DNA of 64,000 nucleotides from Phoronis australis (lineage: Eukaryota > Animalia > Phoronida): NCBI GenBank assembly GCA_002633005.1, contig NMRA01000079.1, forward strand, positions 305,798 through 369,797, read 5' to 3'. Below are positions 62,130-64,000 of this stretch, one piece after another (position 1 is the stretch's first letter; each line of letters opens with the position of its first letter). A program made the position numbers and the translations under genes. Below the pieces are notes generated by a model. That model did no database searches, was not told the DNA's origin, and saw nothing but the letters and a program-made list of their open reading frames with translations.

Positions 62130-64000
62130 TTTTCTTACATGAACCATAAAAACGATCTTTTTTGCCGAAAAACTCAACGTGTCTAAAACTTTCAACTACA
62201 TCACGCAACTTTTGTAAAAACACGCTTGCACAATGTAAAGTAATTCAGTTACTTTTGTTAAAAGTTTTATTTTAATCTTAACAATTGTAAATTTCATTCG
62301 GCTTTCGTAGCAAATATTCAAGTTAGAATCTAATAAATGTCTTTGAAGTTGTAATATTTAAACTTAAAAATTGTTTATGAATAATTAGCAAGACTTCCCC
62401 ATGCGTGAGCACTGAATTGACCTTGAGACAGCACAGCTAGAGTCTCGCCGCGTTTCTTGAGTTGGTTCTCGTCTCGGTTTGAATGTTTAAGAAGATTTTT
62501 GCATGTCGTGACTAGGAGTAAGAACAGTTGGAACACCCGATTTGTCAATCATAACCTTGTCACCTTCTCGGAATTCCGACATTGTTTGGTTGGCATGCGT
62601 TTGGTTGTTTTAGTGTTTGGCAGACGATAAAATGTAAGTCGTATGGATTTTTACTTTGCACTACTTTGTGATTTGCCCAATCCATGTTATATCAAAAGAT
62701 TTCATACTCGGTGTTATTAACCAGTCGTGTTGTAACACATTCCAGGTTATTTGAGAAATATAAAATATATTTTTATTATCCCTGGTCTTGTTTGTTTCAG
62801 AAAATTTATTCTTTTACTAGTTGACAAACCTGGCTTTTTAATACATTAGTTAGAATGAGGTTTGAGATTAATGTGTTTGAGATTAATGTATATCAGTTTT
62901 CATGCAACTGGTCTGAACATTGTATATTCACCACTTAATTCATCCATTCATACTCCCTAACTCATGCTGTTGTAAATGTGAGGAGAAAATAGAATTCTGT
63001 GCGAGTGGAGTGGAGTGGAGTGTCGTGTGACTAAAGCTATTTTTGCACGAGGAACAGTTGTCATGGTGTGAGATGTTAGTTGCAAACTGCTCCACTTCAG
63101 TTAAATAAAAACAATGACAGTTTTTTTGGCATATTTCGGCATTGTTATGTGCAATGCTCTTTCAAGGTCTTTGCTATAATAGACCTAGTAGAAACATTAA
63201 AGGAGCTGAAAATTTGTTAGGCTCTACACATCAGTTGGCACAAGCCCAGTCTCAATAGGCAACTGGCACATCACAGTTTGTCACTGTCTAGTTTATTAAC
63301 AATTTGTTGCTCCCCTGAACTGACTGTCTCTGTATCACTTCTTGTTGTTGGGCCCAGCAAGGTGGCCACTGTTTTTTATTCTGATGATGGTGTTTCAATA
63401 AATGCCGAAACATGTCAAGCCAGTTTAAATCCATCGTTTATATTAGAAATGCTCCTACTTGCTATCATGAAGATTCACCTAAGTTACTTTTACAAAGGCT
63501 GTCTGTGCATGCTGGCATAAACAATAGCGAACATTCAAACTACCTGGATTGCCGGAGGATCAACCGTATATATTGCGCAAGTGCATTGAAAGATGATCCA
63601 TTTTGCATCCTGACCCAGTTGTGTTTAGACATGTACTTTACACTGGAGTAACTGTTCAAGTGCAACTCCCTCTACCTATCAAAACGGTGTCAGAAATGAC
63701 TGCCGTGGTGTACTTGCTCCCTGTCAGTTGTGTTTACACACGCACACTTGCGCCTGATCAGCTGTTCCGTGTGAGTTGTTGCTCGTGACAGCTGCTTTGT
63801 AAATGAGGCTTCACTCACATGCTCAAAAGAGTGTTTCACCAATGATGGAGTAAAGTACTGTTATAAGGGCACAAAACAGTTCTCATAGGGGTTTGCCTAT
63901 CAGAACACACCTCAATGAACTCGTCACCCTTTCTTCACTTTGTCAAAATTTGCATGGAAAGAGAGAAAAGTTTCGAGTCATTTCACATCACAAGCCCTAC

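Overview
Eukaryotic (probably invertebrate animal) genomic DNA, AT-rich, with GT-AG intron genes; there is no prokaryotic content or CRISPR. In order: the last two coding exons of INTS14 (+); three U1 snRNA genes in ~2 kb tandem units (-), preceded by a copy of the U1 upstream region that has no U1 gene; an unrecognised 3-exon gene with a possible C-terminal SOCS/BC-box (-); a nodulin-like/MCH1-type MFS transporter (+) with an apparent frame break in exon 2; three more U1 genes (-); a decayed duplicate of the MFS 3' end; a complete 10-exon DEG/ENaC channel gene (-) with an atypical TM2; a complete 8-exon RGP1 gene (-) head-to-head with the first two exons of GBA2 (+), as I recall for human 9p13. 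Introns and intergenic DNA carry tRNA-derived SINEs, LINE fragments, hAT- and Harbinger-type non-autonomous elements, hairpins and minisatellites. All gene identities come from recalled protein and RNA sequences and manual splicing, not database searches.
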